A model generated the notes under the pieces. That model saw nothing but the letters and a program-made list of their open reading frames with translations. It was not told the origin of the DNA and did no database searches. Shown here one piece after another: positions 63,874 to 64,000 of a stretch of DNA of 64,000 nucleotides (position 1 is its first letter; the number at the start of each line of letters is the position of its first letter). This stretch comes from Enoplolaimus lenunculus. Taxonomy: Eukaryota. The translations under genes and the position numbers were made by a program. Location of the stretch: assembly GCA_030248215.1 (NCBI GenBank), contig JASANG010000611.1, positions 248,001 through 312,000 on the forward strand, in the 5' to 3' direction.

Positions 63874-64000
63874 CTAGAAAACAAAATACATCTTACAAAT
63901 AAGAGCCGTGTATGATAAATGAAAAGTGTGACTGTAACGTAACAGCCAAATTCGTTTCAATCCATTAAAAAGACTAAAAATAAAACAATAATCGTATTCG

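Overview
AT-rich animal genomic DNA, most likely a nematode (inferred from a nematode-type PMT-2 and TTAGGC hexamers inside repeats). Six spliced host genes are present: U2AF1 (5' exons, minus), pmt-2-type phosphoethanolamine N-methyltransferase, EXOC5/sec-10, FOXRED1, IMPAD1/BPNT2 (all plus) and the last two exons of a MATH/TRAF-like-domain gene (minus). Between and within them lie many MITEs, a young 5'-truncated ingi/I-group LINE, a decayed LOA/R1-type LINE and an internally deleted piggyBac. The stand-out is a 6.66-kb Ty3/Gypsy LTR retrotransposon (52857-59516, minus) with ~99% identical LTRs and a tRNA-Trp PBS. Its ORF1 reads leader-2A / IMPACT(YigZ, UPF0029) domain + transmembrane helix-2A / Gag, i.e. 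a host translation-control domain flanked by two ribosome-skipping 2A motifs. Pol is reached via a G_GGA_AAA + hairpin -1 frameshift signal, and the integrase is followed by a LEDGF-like PWWP chromatin-reader domain where chromoviruses carry a chromodomain. This copy has two stops and four frame breaks. All domain calls are from reading motifs by eye; no searches were run.
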